The notes: generated by a model not told the origin, from the letters alone. 64,000 bases of DNA from Vicinamibacterales bacterium (GCA_049679965.1 JBAUGX010000118.1:8064-72063); one strand, 5' to 3'. Shown: positions 1 to 10,392, counted from the first letter of the stretch. Program-made: numbers and translations.

Positions 1-286
1 CGCTCGCCCGATGGTTGATCTCGAGCGTGCAGTCCTCGCTCAAGCACCCAAGCGGGTCGTTTGAGAGGGCGGCCAGATGAATCACCGCGTCGAAACCCTC
101 GAGGTCGGCGGGCTGAACGTCGCGGACATCCTTGCGGATCGCCGGGACCACGCGCAGGGCGTCGCCAAAGTCGCAGCCTTCGTAAAGGTACGTGTCCAGG
201 CCGACGATGTCGTGGCCGGCGCGAGCCAGCACGTCGATCATGACCGACCCGATATAGCCGTGATGTCCGGTAACCAGTATTTTCAA
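1..286 (-). CDS. NAD-dependent epimerase/dehydratase (extended SDR), N-terminal part; gene runs off the left edge
   Basis: Absent from the ORF track because there is no stop in the window. Reverse-complement translation from TTG (286-284) gives MKILVTGHHGYIGSVMIDVLARAGHDIVGLDTYLY...DAVIHLAALSNDPLG. It has the Rossmann GxxGxxG motif and is divergent from the sugar-epimerase operon. Confidence 0.75.
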   Translation of the reverse strand, partial: MKILVTGHHGYIGSVMIDVLARAGHDIVGLDTYLYEGCDFGDALRVVPAIRKDVRDVQPADLEGFDAVIHLAALSNDPLGCLSEDCTLEINHRAS

Positions 287-517
287 ATGAGACCTTCCAG
301 GATTTGGGTTTCGTATGCTGAACGCAAGGACCTGGCCAAGAGATAGACAGTTCGCCAGGGCTGAAAGTGCTGCAGAGCCTTGCGATCGAGGCTTGTGGGG
401 GATCGCTGAAAGCTCATCGGCCGAGTAAAGTCGCCCGAATGGAAGACTAAGTTCTTCGAATTTTGCATTTCTGACGGCCCAGGACGTGCCGCCAGTGCGT
501 CTGGCCAGACGTCAGCC

Positions 518-532
518 TGGCGAGCGCCTTGC
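518..532 (+). promoter_or_regulatory. candidate sigma54 (-24/-12) promoter TGGCGA-N5-TTGC upstream of the rfbC-like operon
   Basis: Sequence is TGGCGAGCGCCTTGCT with GG-N10-GC spacing. It lies 43 nt upstream of the ATG at 575, and a GGAGG RBS sits at 565-569. The -24 half deviates from TGGCAC. Confidence 0.35.
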
Positions 533-574
533 TACTCTCCAGCCGTCCACAGGACTGCTTATCTGGAGGCGTGA

Positions 575-1165
575 ATGATCTTTATCGAGACCAAGCTGAA
601 GGGTGCCTACATCATCGACCTTGAACGCAGAGAAGATTCGCGCGGATTCTTCGCGCGTGGCTTCTGTCAGCACGAATTTTCGGCGCACGGGCTGAAACCG
701 ATCATCGCCCAGGCCAATATTGCACACAACCGCACGAAGGGCACGATCCGCGGGATGCATTTCCAGTTTCCGCCGGCGGCCGAAACCAAGCTCGTGCGCT
801 GCACCCGCGGCGGCATCGTCGACATCATCGTTGACCTTCGTCCGGAGAGTCCGACGTACCTCCAGCACATCGAAGTTGAGTTGACCGAAGAGAACGGCCG
901 CTCGCTGTATGTGCCGGAGCGTTTTGCGCATGGCTATCAGGCGCTCGAGGACAACACCAACACGAGCTATCAGTGCGGCGAGTTCTACACGCCGGCGACC
1001 GAAGGAGGCCTGAGACACGACGACCCTCGGCTGGGCCTGCGCTGGCCGCTGCCTGTCTCGGCGATCTCGGACAAAGACAAGGTGTACAAGCTCCTCGATG
1101 AGATCGAGCCGGAGCTGAAGGCGCGTATGAGCGCATTGACCCTGGCCGGAGGCGGCCGCGCATGA
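575..1165 (+). CDS. rfbC: dTDP-4-dehydrorhamnose 3,5-epimerase family (RmlC-type cupin)
   Basis: Contains DSRGFFARGF, GTIRGMHFQ, ETKLVRCTRGGIVDIIVDLRPESPTY and YVPERFAHGY, the typical RmlC motifs. ATGA overlap with the next gene. Confidence 0.85.
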   Translation: MIFIETKLKGAYIIDLERREDSRGFFARGFCQHEFSAHGLKPIIAQANIAHNRTKGTIRGMHFQFPPAAETKLVRCTRGGIVDIIVDLRPESPTYLQHIEVELTEENGRSLYVPERFAHGYQALEDNTNTSYQCGEFYTPATEGGLRHDDPRLGLRWPLPVSAISDKDKVYKLLDEIEPELKARMSALTLAGGGRA

Positions 1166-2508
1166 TCATCGTTGACAATGCACTGAAGGCGCGAGCGGCC
1201 GAGAACAAGCCGATCCGCGTCGGGCTGCTCGGGTCGGGATTCATGGCCCGGGGCCTCGCCAATCAGATCGCGAACAGCGTGCCGGGCATGCGCCTCGCGG
1301 CCGTCTACAGCAGGCGTCTCGCTCCGGGCTTGGACTTGTACGACTACATTGGCCAGGGTGGGGCCGTGGAGGCCGGCACGCAGAGCGTGCTAGACGAAGC
1401 GGCCGAACGGCGTAAGCCCGTGGTCACTGGCGACGCGTTTCTCCTTGCCAGGTCCCCGCACATCGACGTGCTGGTGGACACGACCGGGTCTGTCGAATTT
1501 GGCGCGCAGGTCATCCTCGAGGCGTTCAAGCACGGCAAGGACGTCGTGCTGCTCAATGCCGAGATCGACGCGACGATCGGGCCTATCCTGCAGGTCTACG
1601 CCGACAAACACGGCGTCATCCTGTCGGCGTGCGATGGTGACGAGCCGGGCATTCAAGTGAATCTGTACCGGTGGGTCCGCGGTCTCGGTCTCATCCCCCG
1701 CGTGGTGGCCAACATCAAGGGCCTCCAGGATCCCTACCGCAATCCGACGACCCAGAAGGGTTTCGCCGAGAAGTGGGGGCAGAACCCCGCGATGGTGACA
1801 AGCTTCGCCGACGGGTCGAAGATCAGCTTCGAAGAAGCCATCGTGGCCAACGCGACGGGCTTTGTCGTCAAGTCTCGCGGCATGTCGCGCGGCCTGGAGT
1901 ACAAGGGCGACGTGATGAAGATTGGCGCTTTATACGACATCGACGAGCTCCGCCAGCTCGGCGGCATCGTCGACTACGTCGTTGGCACACCGTTGACGAA
2001 GGTGTATTGCCTTGCCGAGCACCCCGATCCGAAGCAGCAGCACTACCTCAGCTTGTACAAGATGGGCGAGGGGCCGCTGTATCCGTTCTTTATTCCTTAT
2101 CACCTCGTGCACTTCGAGGTGCCGAACGCGATTGCCCGCGTCGTGCTGTTCCGCGACTCTCTCGCCAAGCCCTTGGGCGGCCCCGTGGTCGAAGTGTGCG
2201 CCGTCGCCAAGCGCGACTTGAACGCAGGTGAAGTGCTCGACGACTATGGTCAGTACATGACCTATGGCGAAGCGGTGAACACGCCCGAGATGAGCGACGG
2301 CCGCTATCTGCCCGAAGGGTTGGTTGAGGGGTGCCTCTTGAAGCGAGCGGTCAAGAAGGACGCGGTAATCACCTACGCCGACGTCGAGTTACCCAAGAAT
2401 CGACTCGCCGATCGCCTTCGCGCCGAGCAGTATCGCCACTTCCGCGGCGAAGGGTGGCTCGAAGCCGTTCTGGCCGAGCAAGAGCACGCTGTAGGCACGA
2501 AGCGATGA
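1162..2508 (+). CDS. NAD(P)-binding oxidoreductase with C-terminal SAF domain (COG4091-like)
   Basis: N-terminal Rossmann segment IRVGLLGSGFMARG and C-terminal SAF-like VAKRDLNAGEVLD. Translationally coupled on both sides. Confidence 0.7.
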   Translation: MIIVDNALKARAAENKPIRVGLLGSGFMARGLANQIANSVPGMRLAAVYSRRLAPGLDLYDYIGQGGAVEAGTQSVLDEAAERRKPVVTGDAFLLARSPHIDVLVDTTGSVEFGAQVILEAFKHGKDVVLLNAEIDATIGPILQVYADKHGVILSACDGDEPGIQVNLYRWVRGLGLIPRVVANIKGLQDPYRNPTTQKGFAEKWGQNPAMVTSFADGSKISFEEAIVANATGFVVKSRGMSRGLEYKGDVMKIGALYDIDELRQLGGIVDYVVGTPLTKVYCLAEHPDPKQQHYLSLYKMGEGPLYPFFIPYHLVHFEVPNAIARVVLFRDSLAKPLGGPVVEVCAVAKRDLNAGEVLDDYGQYMTYGEAVNTPEMSDGRYLPEGLVEGCLLKRAVKKDAVITYADVELPKNRLADRLRAEQYRHFRGEGWLEAVLAEQEHAVGTKR

Positions 2509-3290
2509 CCGGTGCGTGGTCTGCTGAACTCTGGCACTACAGAGAGCTCTTCTGGTTCCTGGCGTGGCGGGACGTCAAGGTGCGCTACAAGCAGGCCGCG
2601 CTCGGGGCCGGCTGGGCCGTCCTCCAGCCACTCTTTGCCATGATCGTCTTCACGGTCGTCTTCGGTCGATTGACGGTGATGGCCGACTCCGACGTGCCCT
2701 ATCCCATCTTCATCTACTGCGCCCTGGTTCCGTGGACCTACTTTTCGGGAACACTGAGCCAGGCTGGGAACAGCCTCGTCACGAACTCCAATCTCATCAC
2801 GAAGGTGTACTTCCCGCGAGTCCTGCTGCCGGCATCGACGGCGTTCAGTGGCCTGCTCGATTTCCTGATCGGTTCAGCCTTTCTTGTCGTGCTGATGGGC
2901 TATTACAGGATTCACCCGACGTGGGCCCTGGTGTTCTATCCGATTCTGATGATCGGCATGTGGATGTTTACGCTCGGCGTGAGCATGTGGCTCGCGGCAC
3001 TCAACGTGCGGTACCGCGACGTCAAGTACGCGATTCCTTTTCTGATTCAACTCGGGCTGTTCGTGACGCCCGTCATCTATCCCAAGACGCTCATTCCGGT
3101 CCGCCTGCAGCCGGCCCTGGCCCTCAATCCGCTTGCGGGCCTGATTGAAGGGTTCAGGGCCTGCCTGTTCCCCGACCGTCCGATCGACTTCGCCCTGATC
3201 GCGACTTCGGCGGCTGTGGCCACCGGCGTCTTCGTCGCGAGCGCCATCTACTTTCGAAGAACAGAACGCGTGTTCGCGGACATCGTGTAG
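2505..3290 (+). CDS. wzm: ABC-2 type polysaccharide/O-antigen export permease
   Basis: The internal ATG at 2505 overlaps the upstream stop (ATGA). From there the sequence reads MTGAWSAELWHYRELFWFLAWRDVKVRYKQAALGAGWAVLQPL, the ABC-2 signature, followed by multiple TM segments. The Arg-rich 58 aa upstream in the track ORF look non-coding. Confidence 0.85.
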   Translation: MTGAWSAELWHYRELFWFLAWRDVKVRYKQAALGAGWAVLQPLFAMIVFTVVFGRLTVMADSDVPYPIFIYCALVPWTYFSGTLSQAGNSLVTNSNLITKVYFPRVLLPASTAFSGLLDFLIGSAFLVVLMGYYRIHPTWALVFYPILMIGMWMFTLGVSMWLAALNVRYRDVKYAIPFLIQLGLFVTPVIYPKTLIPVRLQPALALNPLAGLIEGFRACLFPDRPIDFALIATSAAVATGVFVASAIYFRRTERVFADIV

Positions 3291-3296
3291 GCAGGC

Positions 3297-4616
<1,320 letters not shown>

Positions 4617-4620
4617 AGGA

Positions 4621-5532
4621 ATGCCCGATCGGGACGCCGTTGCCATCCTGTTTGTCTCTCACGTCTTCGATCGCACCATTCTCGATCGCCTCAAGAAGCT
4701 AAGCGAGGAATCAGCCGACCATGGGACTCTTTTCGTCCACGCGGACGTTCACGGCGAGAATCCGGGGGACGTGAATGGGATAGTCGAGCAGTTCGATTTT
4801 GAAGCCATCCAGCGAGAATATCCGAGAATTCTCGGGACGACACTCGTTCCAGGAAACTGTCACCTTCCTCTTCTGCAATTCTTTAAGCGCCATCCGCAGT
4901 TCCAGTACTACTGGGTTATTGAGTACGACGTGGTGTTCACTGGAGACTGGAGAGAGTTGTTCGGCGCCTTCTCGAATCAGCCGGCAGACTTTCTTGCATG
5001 CCATCTGCGCCGCCAGGAAGAAGAGCCTTCATGGTATTGGTGGAAGAGCATCCAGGCACCGGATGGACGCGGATTGCCCACGACCTTCACCCGAGCATTC
5101 GGTCCGATTCAGCGACTGAGTCATCGCGCGCTTGAAGCGTTGGAGCGCAGGGCCAAAGAAGGCTGGGTCGGCCATTTCGAGTGTCTCGTGCCGACCGTTC
5201 TCGCGGACGAGGGTTACCTGCTCGCAGACTTTGGCGGCGACGGCAGCTATGTTCCCCTCGGATTCCGCAATCGGTTTTACCGCAGTTTCAGCTGGCCGGA
5301 TGGACGCCTGATCCATTTGGGATCCATGCGTTTCCGCCCCCACGTTTCTTCCTTACGTTTTGCTAGACGAAACACGTTGTATCACCCGGTCAAACCTCGA
5401 TTGGCCCACGCCACATCGGCACCCAAGCGGTTCTTCCTCGAGCTGAAGGAACGGCTGGCGTTTTTCATCCTGAATCTTGCCAGGCACCCCATCAACTTCA
5501 GTCGCGCCCTGGCTCGGCTATATGGCTCGTAG
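4621..5532 (+). CDS. hypothetical protein in the polysaccharide cluster (possible glycan-modifying enzyme)
   Basis: Intact 303-aa ORF 4 nt after wzt. I recognise no family. GC is visibly lower than in the neighbours (for example 4801-4920). Confidence 0.6.
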   Translation: MPDRDAVAILFVSHVFDRTILDRLKKLSEESADHGTLFVHADVHGENPGDVNGIVEQFDFEAIQREYPRILGTTLVPGNCHLPLLQFFKRHPQFQYYWVIEYDVVFTGDWRELFGAFSNQPADFLACHLRRQEEEPSWYWWKSIQAPDGRGLPTTFTRAFGPIQRLSHRALEALERRAKEGWVGHFECLVPTVLADEGYLLADFGGDGSYVPLGFRNRFYRSFSWPDGRLIHLGSMRFRPHVSSLRFARRNTLYHPVKPRLAHATSAPKRFFLELKERLAFFILNLARHPINFSRALARLYGS

Positions 5533-6480
5533 GGTCGCAATCTCAGGGAAGCGCGCGTGCGGCTGCAATTGGTTTTCACGAATGAACCGTGCCGCACTCG
5601 CTTCACCGACGAACTCAGCCCACTGACACTTCATGGAGAACAGGCCGTCCCTGGCTCCTAGGAGCAGCATGTTCACATAGCGGATCGGGCCGACACGGCG
5701 TACCGGAAGGCCCTGCAGTTGGTGCCTCAGGATACTGTGGGAAAACGCATGGTCGCGAGCGAGCCGCAGCAGGTAAGCGGTGTTCAATCGAGACGCGGGA
5801 ATCAAGTGCCTGAGGCGCAGTTGCGGGAAAATGCCGAAGCCGTAGCCCAGCGACGTCGCGACCCACGAAAAGACATCGTCCTCGCCGCAGAAGAGCTCCT
5901 TGCCTTTTCGACCCAGCACTGCGGTGACATCGAGACCTTTCACAAAGTCGATGTACAGCTCGGCCACCTGACGGCGGACGCAGAGCCCCGCGCCCCACGG
6001 GAGCGCCTCGAAATCTCTTGCGTTATTGCTCCAGAGGGTCCTCGAGACCGTCCGCAAGGCGAGCAGCTTCAGGTGCGAGCGAATCTCGGTCGGCGGCTCC
6101 ACCTCGAACTCCGGATCCAGATTGCCGGCGCCAACAACGCCTAAATAGGGGTACCGACCGCAAATGGCCGACGCACTTTCCAGGAAATCAGGCATGAGCA
6201 CGTTGTCGTCGTCGACGAACACCAGCAGTTCGCCGCACGACTCCGCGATGCCGCGAAGCCGAGCCGGCGTCAGCCCGACGCGGTCCTCGCGGACATGCCT
6301 GGCGTGCGCATGCCACGTCACGTCGTACGTGTCCGCGAGCCTTTCGTCGCTGGCATTGTCGACGATCACCAGTTCCCACCTGTCCCTGGGGGCTGTTTGG
6401 TCGCTGAGCGCTGCCAGGACGCGGTGCAGATAGTCGCGCCGAGGATTGTGTGTGCAGAGGATGACGGAGATGTCCACCAT
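5518..6480 (-). CDS. glycosyltransferase family 2
   Basis: ISVILCTHNPRRDYLHRVLAALSDQT, VIVDNASDE and VFVDDDN (DxD) form the GT-A fold signature. Confidence 0.85.
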   Translation of the reverse strand: MVDISVILCTHNPRRDYLHRVLAALSDQTAPRDRWELVIVDNASDERLADTYDVTWHAHARHVREDRVGLTPARLRGIAESCGELLVFVDDDNVLMPDFLESASAICGRYPYLGVVGAGNLDPEFEVEPPTEIRSHLKLLALRTVSRTLWSNNARDFEALPWGAGLCVRRQVAELYIDFVKGLDVTAVLGRKGKELFCGEDDVFSWVATSLGYGFGIFPQLRLRHLIPASRLNTAYLLRLARDHAFSHSILRHQLQGLPVRRVGPIRYVNMLLLGARDGLFSMKCQWAEFVGEASAARFIRENQLQPHARFPEIATLRAI

Positions 6481-6507
6481 GAGGCCCTACGCTGCGTCGT
6501 CCTGCGG

Positions 6508-7566
6508 CTATTCGACCACGAGGAGCTGTTCCACCACGGTTGGCTGTTGCGCCGCCGCTGGAAGCGTGCGCTCAGAGCGCGTGCGGGCAGGAAAGGGCCT
6601 CTGGCTCGCTGACATCGGCACCAAGGTGGGCCGGACGGTCTCCTCGTATCCCCGTCGCGTGCGATGACGAAGGAACCAGAGTACGAGAGACGGGTCGCAC
6701 ACGGCGGCCTGTGCGAAGAACGCGGCTGCACCCGCATACTGGCCTACCTGCATCAGGCTTCGAGCGAGTCCCCAGTAGGACCCGGCGACGTTGTAGCGGG
6801 CCAGCCTGCGAAACTCTGGCGGCAGCGTCGCTTCGTTCCGAAGGACATCCGTCCACAGCATGAGCGACTCGGCTGTGTGTTTGAGCGAGCCCATGGGTGT
6901 CGCCCTCGTCAGCCGCACCGGCGCGGCATCCGATGTCTGGATGGATCCAACGCCAGTCACCGCGCACCCGACACCGCCGATGCCAAGGCGGCAGAAGAGG
7001 TGGGCATCTTCAAGGAGCAGCCGGAACCGGACGTCAAACCCGCCGATCCGTTCGAGCGCCTGTCTGCTGATGACTGAGCTCTGAAGCATCGTGGGCTGCC
7101 GCTTCATCAGCGCCCACGCGCTGGCGTCGCGCACGAGATGGTGCGGCGCACCCGGCCGGAATCCAATGCTTTTCCAGAGCGTGCCGCCGCCCTCAGCGTC
7201 CGGCAGCTGCATGTCCGAGAAATAGAAGGCCGCTTCGCCAGCCGTCTCGGAGATGGCAGCCGTCATCCGCTGGAGATGCCAGCCGTTCCAGTGGTCATCC
7301 GAATCGAGAAAGGCCACCCACGGGCTGCGCGCCAGGTGGATGCCGAGATTCCGCGCCGCAGAAACCCCGGCGTTCTCCTGAAAGACGTACTCGATGCGCC
7401 CAGCGTACGTCCTGCAGATCTGCGCGGTATTGTCGGACGAGCCGTCGTCAACGACGATGACCTGGCTCGGCGGAGCCGTTTGATTCAGGACACTCTCGAT
7501 CGCTCGACCGAGCAGCCGTGCTCGGTTGAATGTCGGGATAACCGCTGTAATCGCACAGTCAATCAT
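6508..7566 (-). CDS. glycosyltransferase family 2
   Basis: From the internal ATG at 7566: MIDCAITAVIPTFNRARLLGRAIESVLNQT, VIVVDDGSSDNT and AFLDSDDHW. The 23 codons upstream in the track ORF are probably not translated. Confidence 0.85.
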   Translation of the reverse strand: MIDCAITAVIPTFNRARLLGRAIESVLNQTAPPSQVIVVDDGSSDNTAQICRTYAGRIEYVFQENAGVSAARNLGIHLARSPWVAFLDSDDHWNGWHLQRMTAAISETAGEAAFYFSDMQLPDAEGGGTLWKSIGFRPGAPHHLVRDASAWALMKRQPTMLQSSVISRQALERIGGFDVRFRLLLEDAHLFCRLGIGGVGCAVTGVGSIQTSDAAPVRLTRATPMGSLKHTAESLMLWTDVLRNEATLPPEFRRLARYNVAGSYWGLARSLMQVGQYAGAAAFFAQAAVCDPSLVLWFLRHRTRRGYEETVRPTLVPMSASQRPFPARTRSERTLPAAAQQPTVVEQLLVVE

Positions 7567-7721
7567 TAACCAGGTTCTCCACTGGGGCGCGGCCAGGGAG
7601 ACAAGCGTACATTCCGAGCGATCCGAACGGCACATCCGCTCCGTACGAATTCGTGCAAACTGCGCAGATCTGTGAAGGGCTGTCTGAGGACTCGACTTCA
7701 GGCCGAGTAGTGCTGACTCGA

Positions 7722-8369
7722 TTACTCGGCGCGCTGTCGCTTCGGATGACGACGCTTGTAGCCCAAAGCTGCGCCTGCGCCGAGCGTGAGCAGAAAAAGA
7801 GTCGCGGGTTCGGGAGTCGCGATCTGATCCTGGCCGTGCCCTGTCGATGAGATGTTGTCAACGTCGAGGTAGGTCGCCACCGAGGTCTGGTTGCCCATCT
7901 GATTCAAGTACGACGCGGCCAGATTCATGACCGTGCTGTTGGTGACGCTCACAAAGGACTGGCCATAGAGCGCCTGCCAGATCGCGAGTTGCAGCGCCGC
8001 CGCCTTGGTGTTGTCAGCGGAAGCTTCGGCTCTGAAGTTATTGAAGAGCCATGCGGCTTGGCCACCGGCGCCATCCAGCACGCCCGCTGAATTCGTCGAG
8101 TTCAGCGCGGTGGTTGTCCTGACGGTTACCGTTTCGGTCCACAACGCCGGGTCAAAAAGATCGACGCAGTAGGTGACGATTGCCCCAAACGAACTCTCAT
8201 TCCACTTGATCTCGCCGACCCAGACGTTCTCAGTGGTCGATCCGAACGTCACGTTGAGTCCGAGTCCCTTGCCCAGGCCGTTGAACGTCAGCGTGTCCGC
8301 AGCCGCAGCCGCAGGGCCCAACAGCGTCATCGCCATCAACAGCCCTGCGAACGCGAGTCTCTTCGTCAT
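7722..8369 (-). CDS. PEP-CTERM sorting-domain surface protein
   Basis: The C-terminus TPEPATLFLLTLGAGAALGYKRRHPKRQ has PEP, a TM segment and a basic tail. The signal peptide starts at Met15 (MTKRLAFAGLLMAMTLLGPAAAAA), so I prefer a start at 8369 over 8411. Confidence 0.85.
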   Translation of the reverse strand: MTKRLAFAGLLMAMTLLGPAAAAADTLTFNGLGKGLGLNVTFGSTTENVWVGEIKWNESSFGAIVTYCVDLFDPALWTETVTVRTTTALNSTNSAGVLDGAGGQAAWLFNNFRAEASADNTKAAALQLAIWQALYGQSFVSVTNSTVMNLAASYLNQMGNQTSVATYLDVDNISSTGHGQDQIATPEPATLFLLTLGAGAALGYKRRHPKRQRAE

Positions 8370-8423
8370 CACCGCTCCGCAATCTGCAGCACGCTGAACA
8401 TGAGGTGTCATACGGGCATACCA

Positions 8424-8439
8424 AGCAATAGAACTGCCC
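8424..8439 (-). promoter_or_regulatory. candidate sigma54 promoter GGGCAG-N5-TTGCT for the PEP-CTERM gene
   Basis: The reverse complement reads GGGCAGTTCTATTGCT with GG-N10-GC spacing and a TTGC -12 box. It lies about 55 nt upstream of the ATG at 8369. It would sit almost on top of a start at 8411, which supports the 8369 start. Confidence 0.45.
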
Positions 8440-8652
8440 TAGCTCGACTCGAACGGATGAGTGGCCTAAGTGGCTAAAGACAAGAGACTTACAGCAGTTT
8501 GGCGGTTCCGGCATTCCTCCAAGAGTCATCCTGTGGAGAGGCTTAAGATCGCCGTATTTGCTAGAACTGCACACAATTACTCTCTAGTACTACGTTATTG
8601 GGCCTATTGCGTACTGTTTGGTGCTCTATGGTCACTTTGTGCTTGACGTCCG

Positions 8653-9819
8653 ATGCCGAAGGGGATGAAAATACCCTCTCGTTCAGCTGACACAAGCATG
8701 GACTCTCCACTGCAACTCGTCGGATCAAGTGCTGCTATTCGCGACGTCGAACAAGAGATCGTCTGTGCCTCACGCTCGGACGCCAAAGTCCTGATCACTG
8801 GAGAGAGCGGCGTCGGCAAGGAAATCGTCGCCCAGCTCATTCATCAGCGCAGCCGGCGCTCGCCCAGTCCGCTCGTGACGATGAACTGCGCCGGCGTGCC
8901 CGACTCGCTGCTCGAGTCAGAACTCTTCGGGCACGTGCGCGGCAGCTTCACCGACGCGTATCGCGACAAGAAAGGCTTACTCGATCAATCGAACGGCGGC
9001 ACCGTCTTCATGGACGAAGTGGGCGAGATGAGCCTGCGCATGCAGGCCCTGCTGCTCCGGTTTCTCGAGAACGGCGAGATTCAGCGTGTGGGATCGACGC
9101 GGATCAACTCGGTGGTCGATGTTCGGGTGATCGCGGCAACCAATCGCAACCTTGTGGCGGGGATTGCCGACAAGACGTTCCGCGAGGACCTGTATTACCG
9201 GCTCAACGTCATTCACGTGTTCATCCCGCCGCTGCGCGCGCGGCCGGAGGATATCGGGACCCTCCTCACCCACTTCTTCCGCGTCTACAGTGGCAAGCAC
9301 CGGACGGCGCCGCCGGTCATCTCCGAAGAAGCCATGGAACGGCTGACGGTCTACCGTTGGCCGGGCAACGTCCGCGAGCTCAAGAATCTGGCGGAGCGCC
9401 TCGTCGTTCGCGCGCAGGCCGGCGTGATCACGCCGGGAGACCTGCCGCGAGAAATCTCGGGGGCGCTGGCCGCACCGTCGCCCGCGCAGACCGCCGCGCT
9501 GAAACCACGGGCTGATGTGTTGTTCGAGCGCATGAGCGTCGGGGGCGAGTCGTTCTGGTCGGTGGTGTACGAGCCGTTCATGTCCAGGGACCTGACGCGC
9601 GACGACCTGCGCACGATCGTCAGCCGAGGCCTCGAGCGGACCGGCGGCAGCTACAAGGCCCTGGTGCGGAGCTTCAATCTCGAGGCCGAGGACTACAAGC
9701 GGTTCCTCAATTTCCTCCGCAAGTACGAATGCCACATGCCGTTCCAGCGCTTTCGCTCGATGCGCGTACGCTTGACCGACGATGAGCCGGTCGAAGAGCG
9801 GATGGCTGCAAAAGGCTAA
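8653..9819 (+). CDS. sigma54-dependent transcriptional activator (bEBP) without an N-terminal sensory or receiver domain
   Basis: The AAA+ core begins about 20 aa from the N-terminus (LVGSSAAIRDVEQEI, Walker A GESGVGKE, Walker [23 protein letters not shown]). The C-terminal HTH is Fis-like (GLERTGGSYKALVRSFNL). The sigma54-contact loop reads GSFTDA instead of GAFTGA. Confidence 0.85.
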   Translation: MPKGMKIPSRSADTSMDSPLQLVGSSAAIRDVEQEIVCASRSDAKVLITGESGVGKEIVAQLIHQRSRRSPSPLVTMNCAGVPDSLLESELFGHVRGSFTDAYRDKKGLLDQSNGGTVFMDEVGEMSLRMQALLLRFLENGEIQRVGSTRINSVVDVRVIAATNRNLVAGIADKTFREDLYYRLNVIHVFIPPLRARPEDIGTLLTHFFRVYSGKHRTAPPVISEEAMERLTVYRWPGNVRELKNLAERLVVRAQAGVITPGDLPREISGALAAPSPAQTAALKPRADVLFERMSVGGESFWSVVYEPFMSRDLTRDDLRTIVSRGLERTGGSYKALVRSFNLEAEDYKRFLNFLRKYECHMPFQRFRSMRVRLTDDEPVEERMAAKG

Positions 9820-10238
9820 AACGCGGGCTGGGTCTTCCAGCGGCGTAGGGTCCGTTCGATTCGACCTTCGAGAACCATACGAATCCGTGCGAGAAGACGA
9901 TCTGGATCGATCGGCGTCCTGATGTAATGGGCACCGAGTCGCTCAGCTTCCATTTCGCTCCCGCTGTCTGCAGGCCCCGCGAGCACGATGGCTTTCGCAG
10001 TGGGGTGGAGGGCCTGATTGTGGATGACGAGGTGCAGCCCGTTGTAGGGGAGTAGCCTGAGCGTCGTAATCATCAGGTCGTATCGGCGGGCCTTGAGCTG
10101 CCGCCGCGCGGTCTCAAATGTCCCGGCGCCGGTGGCCGCATAGCCTTCGCTCCGCAACATGCTCACCACCGAGGCAAGCTCTCGGTCGTCGCAGTCGACA
10201 ACCAGAATATCGGCGGCCGGAATCTCTGACATATCCAT
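9816..10238 (-). CDS. single-domain receiver-like protein lacking the phospho-acceptor Asp (pseudo-receiver)
   Basis: CheY-like layout (ILVVDCDD ... YDLMITTLRLLPYNGLHL ... AIVLAG ... YIRTPID). The acceptor position is Thr, and the conserved Thr/Ser and Lys positions are also replaced. Confidence 0.75.
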   Translation of the reverse strand: MDMSEIPAADILVVDCDDRELASVVSMLRSEGYAATGAGTFETARRQLKARRYDLMITTLRLLPYNGLHLVIHNQALHPTAKAIVLAGPADSGSEMEAERLGAHYIRTPIDPDRLLARIRMVLEGRIERTLRRWKTQPAF

Positions 10239-10377
10239 AGCAATCGCTGACCAATCCGCGTTGAGCGGGTGGGACGGGTTCGAAGAAGGGCTCAGTCAGC
10301 CGACGCAGACATGGGCTGCGGCGCTCATGACCGCATCCTCGAACTCGCCCGAAACCCGCTCTCGCGGCATTTCAGGG

Positions 10378-10392
10378 GCAACGCCGATGCCA
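10378..10392 (-). promoter_or_regulatory. candidate sigma54 promoter TGGCAT-N5-TTGC
   Basis: The reverse complement reads TGGCATCGGCGTTGC. It sits in the 300-bp gap upstream of the pseudo-receiver gene, with a leader of about 140 nt. An ATCCCC-N6-GGGGAT palindrome is centred about 82 bp further upstream (10464-10481). Confidence 0.45.

Noticed and set aside
8430-8480. tRNA-like T-loop string (GTTCGAGTC on the minus strand)
   Set aside because: The flanking bases do not form a T-arm, and no acceptor or anticodon stems can be drawn. It is not a tRNA.
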